Shown: positions 27,796-37,018, numbered from the stretch's first letter. The stretch: 64,000 nucleotides of DNA from Gaiellaceae bacterium (GCA_035650975.1 DASRGQ010000058.1:3019-67018), one strand, 5' to 3'. Numbers and translations are program-made. Notes: generated by a model from the letters alone, not told the origin.

Positions 27796-28548
27796 CTACT
27801 GGCCCATCTTCACGCCCGGCTCGGCCCACTCGAGCTCGATCGGGCGGACAGCGGCTGATCCGGCCTGGTCGTGCGCCTTGCCGATCGGGAACGTCGGCAG
27901 CACTGACCGCCCGGTCGTCGAACGCAGCACGAGCGCGAGCACCGTGTACCACGCGAAGCCGGCCGAGAACACGAGCACCCAGCCCGCGACCTCGACCCAG
28001 CCGTGCGAGCCGAAGATGTACCCGCCGGCGAGGATGCCGGAGCCGGCCGCCAGCGTCGACAGCACGGTTGCCACCCCGAGGTTCTCGGCAAGCGCCGCAA
28101 CAGCGGCGATGCCGGTCGTGACCGCGAGCGCGAAGAACCAGAACCCGACTTCGGGGTCGTGGTACCAGGGCGTCGGCGCGGTCAAGACATGGGTCGCGAG
28201 CAGGATGTTCAGAATCCCGTAGGCAAGCCAGAACGCACCCCACGTGCCGTGTGCGAGCGTCGCGACGGCGTCGCGCGCCCGGTATGCCCACATGCCGGCG
28301 AGGAACTGCGCAAGTCCGCCGAACATCGCAGCGAACGGTGCGAGCACGAGTCCCGAGGTCGGCGTCCCCCACCAGCCGGCGAGATTCGACGCGACGATGA
28401 AGGTCGCCCCCGCGAACCCCGCAAGCCCGAGGATCGACGGCGCTGCGATCGGCTGCAGCATCACGCGCGGGCGCGCGAAGCCGTCTTCCCAATTCGCCGT
28501 GTCGACGCCGGCCGCTGCGATCCGTCCACGCTCGTCCAGAGAGCGCAT
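27796..28548 (-). CDS. GPR1/FUN34/YaaH-family (SatP-like) acetate/succinate channel
   Basis: Six TM segments with the LGLAGFAGATF...FGGLAQFLAGMW...NILLATH pattern of the family. Confidence 0.8.
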   Translation of the reverse strand: MRSLDERGRIAAAGVDTANWEDGFARPRVMLQPIAAPSILGLAGFAGATFIVASNLAGWWGTPTSGLVLAPFAAMFGGLAQFLAGMWAYRARDAVATLAHGTWGAFWLAYGILNILLATHVLTAPTPWYHDPEVGFWFFALAVTTGIAAVAALAENLGVATVLSTLAAGSGILAGGYIFGSHGWVEVAGWVLVFSAGFAWYTVLALVLRSTTGRSVLPTFPIGKAHDQAGSAAVRPIELEWAEPGVKMGQ

Positions 28549-28631
28549 CAGATCATCCCCTTTCGCATTACATCGTAGTACGAACTATCTTCCGAATTTG
28601 GGCGTCGTTAAACGCGAAGTAGGATCGAAAC

Positions 28632-29048
28632 GTGCCGCTGCGCAAGAACCGAAAGCACGAGCTGCTGAAGTCCGTGCCGCTCTTCGCACGCTGTTCGCGG
28701 CAGGAGATCGCGGAGCTCGCCGGCGAGTGCGACGAGCTGCCCGTCCGCGCCGGGATGGAGCTGACGCGCCAGGGCGCGCGCGGCAGGGAGTTCATGGTGA
28801 TCGCCGAGGGCAGCGCCACCGTCACGAAGGACGGCGAGCCGATCGCGTCGCTCGGGCCGGGCGACTTCCTCGGCGAGATCGCGCTGCTCGCCGACGTTCC
28901 TCGCACGGCGACCGTGACGACCGATGAGCCGTCGGTGCTGCTCGTCCTCACAGACCGCGCCTTCGAGCGGGTCGCGAGCCGCCTCCCGGACGTGCGTGCG
29001 AGCCTCCTCACCGCTCTCGCGGAGCGGCTTCAGACGTCATCCGTTTGA
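28632..29048 (+). CDS. stand-alone cyclic-nucleotide-binding domain protein
   Basis: LLKSVPLFARCSRQEIAELA...GDFLGEIALLADVPRTATV (cNMP phosphate-binding cassette). Confidence 0.8.
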   Translation: MPLRKNRKHELLKSVPLFARCSRQEIAELAGECDELPVRAGMELTRQGARGREFMVIAEGSATVTKDGEPIASLGPGDFLGEIALLADVPRTATVTTDEPSVLLVLTDRAFERVASRLPDVRASLLTALAERLQTSSV

Positions 29049-29092
29049 GCGGTTTTTAGGCGGCTCTCAGGCGGCGCCGCTACCGTGCCGCG

Positions 29093-29914
29093 ATGCGCAA
29101 GGCCCTGATCACGCTTTCAGTGCTCGTCGCTGCCGCAGGAGCCTGCGGCGCCGCCGGCGCCGCGACTCCGCGGAGCACCGTTACGCCGCAGATCAGCGCG
29201 AACTGGTCGGGCTACGCCCTCGTCCCAACGGGGACCGATCCGCTGACGTTCACCGACGTGACGGGCACGTGGGTGCAGCCGAAGGCGAAGTGCACCTCCG
29301 GCCGCACGGACGCGTCGGCCTTCTGGGTCGGCCTAGGCGGCTACGGCGAAGGGTCGAATGCGCTCGAGCAGCTCGGCACCGCTGCTCAGTGCGACGGCAC
29401 CGACCCGACGCCGACGAACTACGCCTGGTGGGAGGTCGTGCCGGCGGCGTCGGTGCAGATCCCCATGAAGGTGAAGCCGGGGGACACGATCACGGCGGCC
29501 GTGCTCGTGCAGGATCAGACGGTCACGTTCAGCCTGCGCGACGTAACGCGGAACGAGCGCTTCTCGAAGAAGATCACGACGAGCGAGGAGCTCGACGTGA
29601 GCTCGGCCGAATGGATCGCGGAGGCGCCGTCCGACTGTGGCGCGTTCGGAAGCTGCCGCGTCATCCCGCTCACGAACTTCGGCAGGATCACCTTCACGAA
29701 GGCGGCCGCAATCGGCAACAGCCATCCCGGCACGATCCTGGACGGCACCTGGACCGCCAGCCCGATCGAGCTGCTCGCGCGGGACGATTCGACGAGCTTC
29801 TTCGGCGATCCGTCGGATATCTGGACGGGCGTCGGCGCTGTGCCGACCGATGTCAGCTCGGACGGCCGCTCGTTCGAAGTCAGCTGGGCGAACAACCTCT
29901 CGCCGACCGGCTGA
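29093..29914 (+). CDS. peptidase G1 (eqolisin / glutamic peptidase, Peptidase_A4)-like secreted protein
   Basis: Signal peptide (possible lipobox AAGAC). NWSGYA, VTGTWVQP, AFWVGLGG, LEQLGT (candidate catalytic Gln) and YAWWEVVP (candidate catalytic Glu). Confidence 0.7.
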   Translation: MRKALITLSVLVAAAGACGAAGAATPRSTVTPQISANWSGYALVPTGTDPLTFTDVTGTWVQPKAKCTSGRTDASAFWVGLGGYGEGSNALEQLGTAAQCDGTDPTPTNYAWWEVVPAASVQIPMKVKPGDTITAAVLVQDQTVTFSLRDVTRNERFSKKITTSEELDVSSAEWIAEAPSDCGAFGSCRVIPLTNFGRITFTKAAAIGNSHPGTILDGTWTASPIELLARDDSTSFFGDPSDIWTGVGAVPTDVSSDGRSFEVSWANNLSPTG

Positions 29915-30019
29915 CCGAGCGCAGGAAATGGACGGTGGGGCCCCTAACCCCCCAGTGGTCGCTTGCCGGGACCCCACCGGCCCACCCGATAAGACGCATC
30001 ACAAAACGCGGGGTTAGGC

Positions 30020-30319
30020 TCAGCCGTTCAAGCGTTTGTAAAGCCTGTCGACGAGCTCCGGCATCGCCTCGAGCCTCTCGGTGATCACGCGCAGGCGGTA
30101 CTCGCGGAAGTGCTCAGGGTCGACGTCGAGCGCGTTGGCGAGCCCCTCGAGCACGTCGTTCGACGGCACCGGCCGGTTCCCGTGCACGAGGTGGTTCAGG
30201 TAGCCGGCCGACAGGCCCGTCTTCGCGGCCAGCGCACGATATGTGACACCTGTCTCGTTCATCAGGCGCTCAACGGCCGCGCCGAACGGGTCGGAGGCAT
30301 ATTTCCTGCGCTTCGGCAT
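30020..30319 (-). CDS. XRE-family helix-turn-helix protein
   Basis: RLMNETGVTYRALAAKTGLSAGYLNHLVHGNRPVPS. The ATG shares 1 nt with the proS stop. Confidence 0.75.
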   Translation of the reverse strand: MPKRRKYASDPFGAAVERLMNETGVTYRALAAKTGLSAGYLNHLVHGNRPVPSNDVLEGLANALDVDPEHFREYRLRVITERLEAMPELVDRLYKRLNG

Positions 30320-31983
30320 CAGTGCTCCTCCTTGCCGAGATCGGCAACGCTTACACGTCGCTCCACACCGGTCGCCCGGTCGCGCACGTCGACGGCCCCG
30401 TCCTCGAGGCTCTTCTTCCCGGCCGTGACGCGGAACGGGATGCCGATCAGGTCGGCGTCTGCGAACTTCTCGCCCGGACGGAGGTCGCGATCGTCGAGGA
30501 GGACGTCCTTGCCGGCCGCAGAGAGTGCTGCGGCCGCCTGCTCGCCGATCTCCTCGGCGCCCTTCAGAACGACGACGTGTGCGTCGTACGGCGCGATCGA
30601 CTGCGGCCAGACGATCCCGAGCTCGTCGTTGCGCTGCTCGACGATCGCCGCCATGACGCGCCCCGGCCCGATCCCGTAGCTCCCGCCGAGAAGCGGCTTC
30701 TCGGTGCCGTCCTCGTCGAGGAACGTGGCATCGAGCCCGGCGCTGTACTTGTCGGCGAAGTAAAAGATGTGGCCGATCTCGATCGCCGTCTGGAACGTGA
30801 GCGCACTCCCGCACTCGGGGCAGCGGTCGCCCTCGACCGGCTCGCGGAGATCGGCGTAGCGCGGAGCGTAGTCGCGGCCCGCCTCGACGCCGCGCAGATG
30901 GAAGCCGTCTTTGTTGGCGCCGGCGACGAACTGGCCGTCGCGCAGCGTCAGGTCGGCGATCACGTCGCCGTCGAAGCCGATCGGTCCGAGCGATCCGCCC
31001 GACGCACCGAACGCGGCGCGGATCTCATCGTCGGTCGAGGGGCGCGAGCCGATCCGGAGCGCCGAGAGGAGCTTCGACTCCGACAGCCGGTCGTCGCCGC
31101 GAATGAGCGCCAGCACCACGCGGCCGTCCTCGGTCGTCACCGGCATCGCCTTGGACGTGGACGCGAGGTCGACGTCGAGGAAGGCCGCCAGCGCCTCGCA
31201 CGTCGTCACCCCGGGCGTCTCGATCTCCTGCGGGCCGTCGATCGCCGGCGGAAACGTGGGTGCGCGTGGAATGCCACGCGCGACCTCGGCGTCGGCCGAG
31301 TAGTCGCCGTTCTCGCAGCGCACGAGCGTGTTCTCGCCCGACCCGGACGGTGCGAGGAAGTCGTAGGTCAGCTCGCCGCCCATGATCCCGCTCTCCGCCT
31401 TGACCTCGTGCGCCTCCACTCCGCAGCGATCGAAGATGCGGTGGTAGGCGACGCGGTTTCTCTCGAACGATGCGTACGCGCTCTCCTCGTCGCGGTCGAA
31501 CGAGTACCCGTCTTTCATGACGAACTCGCGCACGCGCAGCAGCGCGCCGCGCGGTCTCGGCTCGTCGCGGTCCTTCGTCTGGAAGTGGTACCAGAGCTGC
31601 GGGAGCTCCCTGTACGACTGGATCTCGCGCGCATGGAAGGTAAACGTCTCTTCATGCGTGAGCGGAAGCACGAACCGCCTGCCCGCGCGGTCCGTGACGT
31701 GGAAGATCTCCGCGATCTTCTCGCGGCCGGTCGCCTCCCACAGCTCGATCGGCGTCAGCACCGGCGCCAGGAACTCCTGCGCTCCGATCGCGTCCATCTC
31801 CTCGCGGATGATCTGCTCGATCTTGCGTTGCACCCGCCAGCCGAGCGGCAGGAACGACCACAGGCCCGCTCCGATCTGCCGGATGCAGGCGGCGCGCACG
31901 AGGAGCTTGTGACTCACCGCCTCCGCGTCTGCGGGCGGGTCGCGGAGCGTCGGCAGGAAGAGCTGTGAGGCGCGGGCAATCAT
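30319..31983 (-). CDS. proS: prolyl-tRNA synthetase (bacterial type with editing insertion)
   Basis: SHKLLVRAACIRQIGAGLWSFLPLG, class II motifs, and a C-terminal anticodon-binding domain. Confidence 0.95.
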   Translation of the reverse strand: MIARASQLFLPTLRDPPADAEAVSHKLLVRAACIRQIGAGLWSFLPLGWRVQRKIEQIIREEMDAIGAQEFLAPVLTPIELWEATGREKIAEIFHVTDRAGRRFVLPLTHEETFTFHAREIQSYRELPQLWYHFQTKDRDEPRPRGALLRVREFVMKDGYSFDRDEESAYASFERNRVAYHRIFDRCGVEAHEVKAESGIMGGELTYDFLAPSGSGENTLVRCENGDYSADAEVARGIPRAPTFPPAIDGPQEIETPGVTTCEALAAFLDVDLASTSKAMPVTTEDGRVVLALIRGDDRLSESKLLSALRIGSRPSTDDEIRAAFGASGGSLGPIGFDGDVIADLTLRDGQFVAGANKDGFHLRGVEAGRDYAPRYADLREPVEGDRCPECGSALTFQTAIEIGHIFYFADKYSAGLDATFLDEDGTEKPLLGGSYGIGPGRVMAAIVEQRNDELGIVWPQSIAPYDAHVVVLKGAEEIGEQAAAALSAAGKDVLLDDRDLRPGEKFADADLIGIPFRVTAGKKSLEDGAVDVRDRATGVERRVSVADLGKEEH

Positions 31984-32049
31984 CCGTTGCCGACTGAGGC
32001 TACCGCTTGCACCTGGTGTCGGGCGCAGCCCGAAACCAGGTTGTGCGTC

Positions 32050-33183
32050 TTACTCCAGCGGGATAGCGGAGGCTTCGGCCATCGCGAGGGCGGCGGGCTT
32101 CGCCATCTTCAGGCGCTTCGGACGGAACATGCCGTCGGCGATCCAGCGGTCGATCTCGTGGAAGAGCTCGTCGACGAGGATGTCGCTCGACACCTTCTTC
32201 AGCACCCGGCCGTGCGCGTAGACGAAGCCGACATCGCGGCCGCCGGCGATGCCGAAGTCGGCGTCGCCCGCTTCCCCAGGCCCGTTCACGGCGCAGCCGA
32301 GCACCGCCACCTCGAACGACTCGGGATACGTGCGCAGGCGCTCCTCGACGCGCTCGGCGAGCTGCTGCACACCGACGTTGTCGCGCCCGCACGAGGGGCA
32401 CGCGATCATCACCGGCCCGCGCTCGCGCAGCCCGAGCGCCTTCAGGATCTCGTATGCGGTGCGCACCTCCTCGACCGGGTCGGCGGTGAGGGAGACACGA
32501 ATCGTGTCGCCGATGCCGTCGACGAGCAGCGCGCCCAGCCCGACCGCGCTCTTGATCGAGCCCGAGAACGGCGTGCCCGCCTCGGTGACGCCGAGATGCA
32601 GTGGGTACGGCACCTTGCTCGCGAGCAGCCGGTACGCACGGATCATCGTCGGCACGTGGCTGGACTTCACCGAGATCTTGAAGTCGCGGTAGTCGAGCCG
32701 TTCGAGCAGGCGCACCTCCTCGAGCGCCGCCTCGACGAGCGCCTCCGCCTGGTCGTGCTGCGCGAGCTCGCTCAGGTGCTTGGGCAGCGAGCCGGAGTTC
32801 GCACCGATGCGCATCGGGATTCCTGCCTTCTTCGCCGCACGGACGACCTGCTCGACCTTTTCGGGGCCGCCGATGTTGCCGGGGTTGATGCGCACGGCCG
32901 CGACGCCGGCGTCGATCGCGCGCAGCGCGAGGCTGGCGTTGAAGTGGATGTCGGCGATCACGGGCAGCGGCGAGAACCGCACGATGCGCGGCAGCGCGTC
33001 GGCGTCTTCGCTCTTCGGCACCGCGACGCGCACGACCTCGCAGCCCGCGCTCGCGAGCGCGGCGATCTGCGCGGTCGTCGCCTCGACGTCGTGCGTCTTC
33101 GTCAGCGTCATCGACTGGACGACGACGGGCGCGCCGCCGCCGATCGTCACACCGCCGACGCGGACCGACCGTTCGCTCGCCAT
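32050..33183 (-). CDS. ispG: 4-hydroxy-3-methylbut-2-enyl diphosphate synthase
   Basis: VVVQSMTLTKTHDV...VRVAVP...ADIHFN...RINPGNIG...ACPSCGR...GCAVNGPGE. Only the C-terminal 377 aa of the 911-aa track ORF are used. Confidence 0.95.
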   Translation of the reverse strand: MASERSVRVGGVTIGGGAPVVVQSMTLTKTHDVEATTAQIAALASAGCEVVRVAVPKSEDADALPRIVRFSPLPVIADIHFNASLALRAIDAGVAAVRINPGNIGGPEKVEQVVRAAKKAGIPMRIGANSGSLPKHLSELAQHDQAEALVEAALEEVRLLERLDYRDFKISVKSSHVPTMIRAYRLLASKVPYPLHLGVTEAGTPFSGSIKSAVGLGALLVDGIGDTIRVSLTADPVEEVRTAYEILKALGLRERGPVMIACPSCGRDNVGVQQLAERVEERLRTYPESFEVAVLGCAVNGPGEAGDADFGIAGGRDVGFVYAHGRVLKKVSSDILVDELFHEIDRWIADGMFRPKRLKMAKPAALAMAEASAIPLE

Positions 33184-33203
33184 ACGACCAGCGTACCCGG
33201 CGG

Positions 33204-34385
33204 TTAGCCGCCTGAACCGAAGAGGTCGTTGCGGAGGCCGAGGTACATGAGGATCCCGAAGAGCGACAGGCCGACGACGCTGTAGCGAATGTAGACCGCC
33301 TGTGTGAACGTGCGTCCGCGTAGCTTCTCGGCGAGCGCCATCACGATGTGGCCCCCGTCGAGGGGCAGCACGGGCACCAGGTTCAAGAGGCCGAGCGCCA
33401 GGCTGATCAGCCCGAGCACAAAGAGGAAGTCGCGTGTGCTCTGGCGCCATGCCTGCTCGGAGGTGCGCACGATGCCGACCGAGCTCGAGACCTGGTTCGT
33501 GTCGCGCCCCGTCGCGAGGTGCCCGAGCCCGCGCGCCGTCTCCGCGGTCACGGACCACGTCAGCGCCAGCGAGTCCTTCGCCGCCGCCGGCACCGACTCG
33601 CCGGGGCCGGTCTTCGCCTCGATCGCGATCCCGATGCGGTACGCGCCGTCGGTCATGCGCGCCGCAAGCGGGCCGATCGTTACGCGCCGGCCGTGCCGGT
33701 CGACCGCGAGCGTGAACGGCCGTCCCTGGGTGGCGCGGATCCGGTCCGGAATGTTCTTCGGCCGAACGGCGCTCCCGGAGATCGAGATCACCCTGTCGCC
33801 GCCCTGGATCCCTGCGTGGGCCGCAGGTGACCCTTTGAGCACGCTCGCGACGACGTTCGTGTCCTGCGTCGAGGCGACGACGAAGAGCGAGGCGAAGAGC
33901 AGGAACGCGAAGACGAGGTTGACGGCCGGGCCGGCCGCGATCGCCACGAGTCGCCGCCACGTCGCCTGGCGCCAGTAGGCGTCGGGTGCAAGCGACCACT
34001 CGAGCTCCTGCGCGATCCGCGAGTCGCCGATCGCCGGACGAAGCGCGTCGAGCGCTGCGAGCGCGGCCGCGTCGTCGCCGCGCTCGATCGCGGCGTCGAG
34101 CTGCGCGAGCTCGGCTCTCTGCGCCTCGCGAACGTCGGGCGACAACGTGGCCGTGAGGTCGCCCGGCGAGGGGCGATTCATCCCCGGAATCTTCACGTAG
34201 CCGCCGAGCGGGAGCGCGCCGATGCCGTACTCGACGCCCCCGCGCACCGTCTTCACGAGCGGCGGGCCGACGCCGAGATAGAACTTGCGCGGCCGCATGC
34301 CCACTGCGCGCGCGGCAAAGAAGTGGCCGGCCTCGTGGATCATCACGAGCAGGATCAGGCCGACGATCGCGGCGGTCAGGCCCAC
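33204..34385 (-). CDS. rseP: site-2 (M50) RIP metalloprotease, RseP/Rip1-like
   Basis: HEAGHFFAARA (HExxH), a PDZ-like middle domain, and a C-terminal LNLVPVLPLDGGH motif. Confidence 0.9.
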   Translation of the reverse strand: MGLTAAIVGLILLVMIHEAGHFFAARAVGMRPRKFYLGVGPPLVKTVRGGVEYGIGALPLGGYVKIPGMNRPSPGDLTATLSPDVREAQRAELAQLDAAIERGDDAAALAALDALRPAIGDSRIAQELEWSLAPDAYWRQATWRRLVAIAAGPAVNLVFAFLLFASLFVVASTQDTNVVASVLKGSPAAHAGIQGGDRVISISGSAVRPKNIPDRIRATQGRPFTLAVDRHGRRVTIGPLAARMTDGAYRIGIAIEAKTGPGESVPAAAKDSLALTWSVTAETARGLGHLATGRDTNQVSSSVGIVRTSEQAWRQSTRDFLFVLGLISLALGLLNLVPVLPLDGGHIVMALAEKLRGRTFTQAVYIRYSVVGLSLFGILMYLGLRNDLFGSGG

Positions 34386-35425
34386 ACTGCCTCCTGGACG
34401 TCGCGTGCGCGCCGATCCGCTTCGCGCAGCTCCTCGAGGTCGCGCGCCGGCGAGCCGTCGGTTCGCGCGAGCACGCGCTCCACGTGCGCGGCGATGTCGA
34501 GGAACCCGATTCGTCCCGCGAGAAACGCGGCGACGGCAACTTCGTTCGCCGCGTTGAACGCGCAGGGATAGGTGCCGCCGAGCTCGCCTGCCTCGCGCGC
34601 GAACCGAAGCAGCGGGAACGCGTCGAGGTCCGGCGCGAAGAACTCGAGCGGACCGGCGGCGACGAGATCGAGCGGCGCGATCGGCGTCGCTGCACGGTGC
34701 GGGTACGTGAGCGCGTAGGAGATCGGGATGCGCATGTCGGGGTAGCCGAGGTGCGCGAGCGCGGCGCCGTCGCGGAAACGAACAAGGCCGTGCACGATCG
34801 ACGTCGGGTGCACGACGACCTCGATGCTGTCGTACGGCAGGTCGAAGAGGAAGTGCGCTTCGATCACTTCGAGACCCTTGTTCGCCAGGGTCGCCGAGTC
34901 AACCGTGATCTTCGCGCCCATGTTCCAGGTCGGATGTGCGAGCGCATCGGCGGGACTGACGTGCGCAAGCTCGTCGGCGGTGCGGCCGCGGAACGGCCCG
35001 CCGCTCGCGGTGAGAACGACGGCAACCGGCTCGCCGATGCTCGCGCACTGGAAGAGCGCCGAGTGCTCGCTGTCGACCGGGATGAGCGCACCGCCCCCGC
35101 GCGCTTGCGCGCCGAGCGCGAGCTCGCCGGCTGCGACGAGGCTCTCCTTGTTGGCGAGCGCGAGCGTGACGCCGCGCTCGAGCGCCCAGATCGTCGCCGG
35201 CAGGCCTGCAAAGCCGAGGGTCGCGTTCAGGACGACGTCGGGCTCGGCGCGTTCGAGCAGCTCGGTCGGGTCGCCGCCGACCTGAGTTTGCGGCGCGAGG
35301 CCGTCGATCGGCGTCGTCCCGGAGGACGCCGCGACGAGCTCGAGCTCCGGGTTGGCGGCGATCACCTCGAGCGCCTGGCGGCCGATCGAACCGGTTGCCC
35401 CGAGCAGCGCGACGCGCATCATCAC
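34376..35425 (-). CDS. dxr: 1-deoxy-D-xylulose 5-phosphate reductoisomerase
   Basis: RVALLGATGSIGRQAL...LANKESLV...DSEHSA...HPTWNMG. The start is one of GTG 35425, ATG 35422 or ATG 35419. Confidence 0.9.
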   Translation of the reverse strand: MMMRVALLGATGSIGRQALEVIAANPELELVAASSGTTPIDGLAPQTQVGGDPTELLERAEPDVVLNATLGFAGLPATIWALERGVTLALANKESLVAAGELALGAQARGGGALIPVDSEHSALFQCASIGEPVAVVLTASGGPFRGRTADELAHVSPADALAHPTWNMGAKITVDSATLANKGLEVIEAHFLFDLPYDSIEVVVHPTSIVHGLVRFRDGAALAHLGYPDMRIPISYALTYPHRAATPIAPLDLVAAGPLEFFAPDLDAFPLLRFAREAGELGGTYPCAFNAANEVAVAAFLAGRIGFLDIAAHVERVLARTDGSPARDLEELREADRRARDVQEAVWA

Positions 35426-35473
35426 GGACAGTGTGCCCTTCGGCCCCGCCTGGCTCTCGTCTCGGTCTCACGC

Positions 35474-35487
35474 GGTTCCGCGGAACC
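35474..35487. promoter_or_regulatory. perfect 14-bp palindrome GGTTCCGCGGAACC upstream of dxr
   Basis: Read directly in the sequence, about 50 nt upstream of the dxr start. Function unknown. Confidence 0.25.
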
Positions 35488-35576
35488 TAGAGCATATTCG
35501 ATCTATTGCAAACTGCTATGGGCCCGCGCCGGTCGAATGCCAGAAAAAGGATACGTGGCGACTCGGACGGAGCGGG

Positions 35577-36077
35577 TCACGGGTCCGTGACGCGCAGACT
35601 GTCCATGACGGCGATCGTCTGAGCGCGGGTCGCCGCCGCGACGTCGCTCCCTGGGAAGACGGTCAGGCCGAGGTAGCGGCCGTGGGTATGGAACCAGTGC
35701 ATCGAGGCGGGCGCGTCCGGGACGCCGCAGCCGGAACCTTCGAGCCGGAGCGGATGGCTCCAGTCGACGGAGAAGCGAGCCGGGCGATGGAGATTGCCCA
35801 CAGGGAGATTCGCGTGGTCCTCGACGACGGCGACCAGCACCTGATCGCGGGTCGGCGGCAGCAGCCCGCCCGTGTGGGCGGTGCGGATCGGCCCGGACGA
35901 CAGGAGCATCAGGCGTGCCGGGTCGCAGGCGGGCGCCCGGTTCGTGTCTGCGTGCCATCCGGCAGGGATCGTGACCTGGACGCCTGCACTCGTGGCCGTC
36001 TCGATCGCGCTCGGCTCGGCCGGCAATGCCGAACCGAGCGCCACGAGAAACAGAGCGAGCGAGACGAGCAGGCGCAT
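35577..36077 (-). CDS. hypothetical secreted protein
   Basis: Signal peptide MRLLVSLALFLVALGSALPA. The C-terminal motif LTVFPGSDVAAATRAQTIAVMDSLRV resembles that of 37019-37501. Confidence 0.55.
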   Translation of the reverse strand: MRLLVSLALFLVALGSALPAEPSAIETATSAGVQVTIPAGWHADTNRAPACDPARLMLLSSGPIRTAHTGGLLPPTRDQVLVAVVEDHANLPVGNLHRPARFSVDWSHPLRLEGSGCGVPDAPASMHWFHTHGRYLGLTVFPGSDVAAATRAQTIAVMDSLRVTDP

Positions 36078-36106
36078 GCTCTTCGTCGTACGTTCGCCGC
36101 CGTTTG

Positions 36107-36610
36107 TCAGGTCCGCGCGAGCGTCTCCTTCTGCTCGAGCAGCGACCGCAGGTAGTCCTCCAGCTTGTCGTAGCTACTTTCCTGGCCGTCCTGCTTCGTC
36201 ATGTGGGCGCGGCCTGTTTCGTCGGTGAACGCGAGCTTCATCGTCATCGTCGTCACCCCGTCGGTCTCGTGGAGGTCCGTCGTCTCAACGGCTTCCGCAT
36301 CCGGCCACCCTTCGAAGAACCACGATGCGACGGTCCGCGTCGGGGTCTCGATCTCCGAGTACGTTCCACGAAAGGAGCACTCCGCTCCGTCGGGGGTCAC
36401 AAAGACGATGTGGTAGCTCCCGCCGACGCGGAGATCGATGGAGCACTTGGTCACTTCGCAGTCGAACGGTGCGAACCAGTTGCGCACGTGCTCGGGCTTC
36501 GTGATCACGTCGAAGACGAGCCCGATCGGCGCGTCGAACGCTCGAGTGGTGACGATCTCGAGCTCGCTCGGATAGTCGTGGAACGCCGTCCCATGCCGTG
36601 TCGATGTCAC
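36107..36610 (-). CDS. SRPBCC/AHSA1-family protein
   Basis: LEIVTTRAFDAPIGLVFDVITKPEHVRNWF...GGSYHIVF pattern. The GTG start overlaps the ArsR stop (GTGA). Confidence 0.75.
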   Translation of the reverse strand: MTSTRHGTAFHDYPSELEIVTTRAFDAPIGLVFDVITKPEHVRNWFAPFDCEVTKCSIDLRVGGSYHIVFVTPDGAECSFRGTYSEIETPTRTVASWFFEGWPDAEAVETTDLHETDGVTTMTMKLAFTDETGRAHMTKQDGQESSYDKLEDYLRSLLEQKETLART

Positions 36611-36948
36611 TGTTCCTCTCCCTGTTCCTGTAGCTCTTTGAGGTAGCCGCCCATTCGATCGAGCCGCCCGCTCCACGCCTGCTCGTACTTGGCGAGCCAC
36701 TCGTGCGTCGGCCGCAGGCGGGCGGGCTCCAGGCGGTACAGCCGCCGGCGCCCTTCCGCGCGGCAGCTCACGAGCCCGACCTCGCTCAGCACCCGCAGGT
36801 GCTTCGAGACCTGCGGTTGCGACAGCGACAGCTCCGTCACGATCGCCCCGACCGCCTTCTCGCCCGTGATCAGGGTGTCCAGGATCTCGCGGCGGTGCCC
36901 CTCGGCGATTGCGTTGAAGACGTCCGACGTCGTTGCGGAGCGTGCCAT
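36607..36948 (-). CDS. ArsR/SmtB-family transcriptional regulator
   Basis: VFNAIAEGHRREILDTL...AVGAIVTELSLSQPQVSKHLRVLSEVGLV winged HTH. Confidence 0.85.
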   Translation of the reverse strand: MARSATTSDVFNAIAEGHRREILDTLITGEKAVGAIVTELSLSQPQVSKHLRVLSEVGLVSCRAEGRRRLYRLEPARLRPTHEWLAKYEQAWSGRLDRMGGYLKELQEQGEEQ

Positions 36949-36956
36949 CGCTTCAT

Positions 36957-36978
36957 CATATTCCGATATCGGAATATG
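36957..36978. promoter_or_regulatory. 22-bp perfect palindrome, candidate ArsR-family operator
   Basis: CATATTCCGAT|ATCGGAATATG begins 9 nt upstream of the ArsR start codon. Confidence 0.6.
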
Positions 36979-37018
36979 TCAACGAGCGAGGTGGCCGTGC
37001 GACCGAGACGTCGCGGAG

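Noticed and set aside
32050-34785. 911-aa ORF suggesting a giant IspG fusion
   Set aside because: Only the last 377 aa (from MASERSV) match IspG. The upstream 534 aa are an out-of-frame read-through across the rseP region, which has its own well-supported frame.
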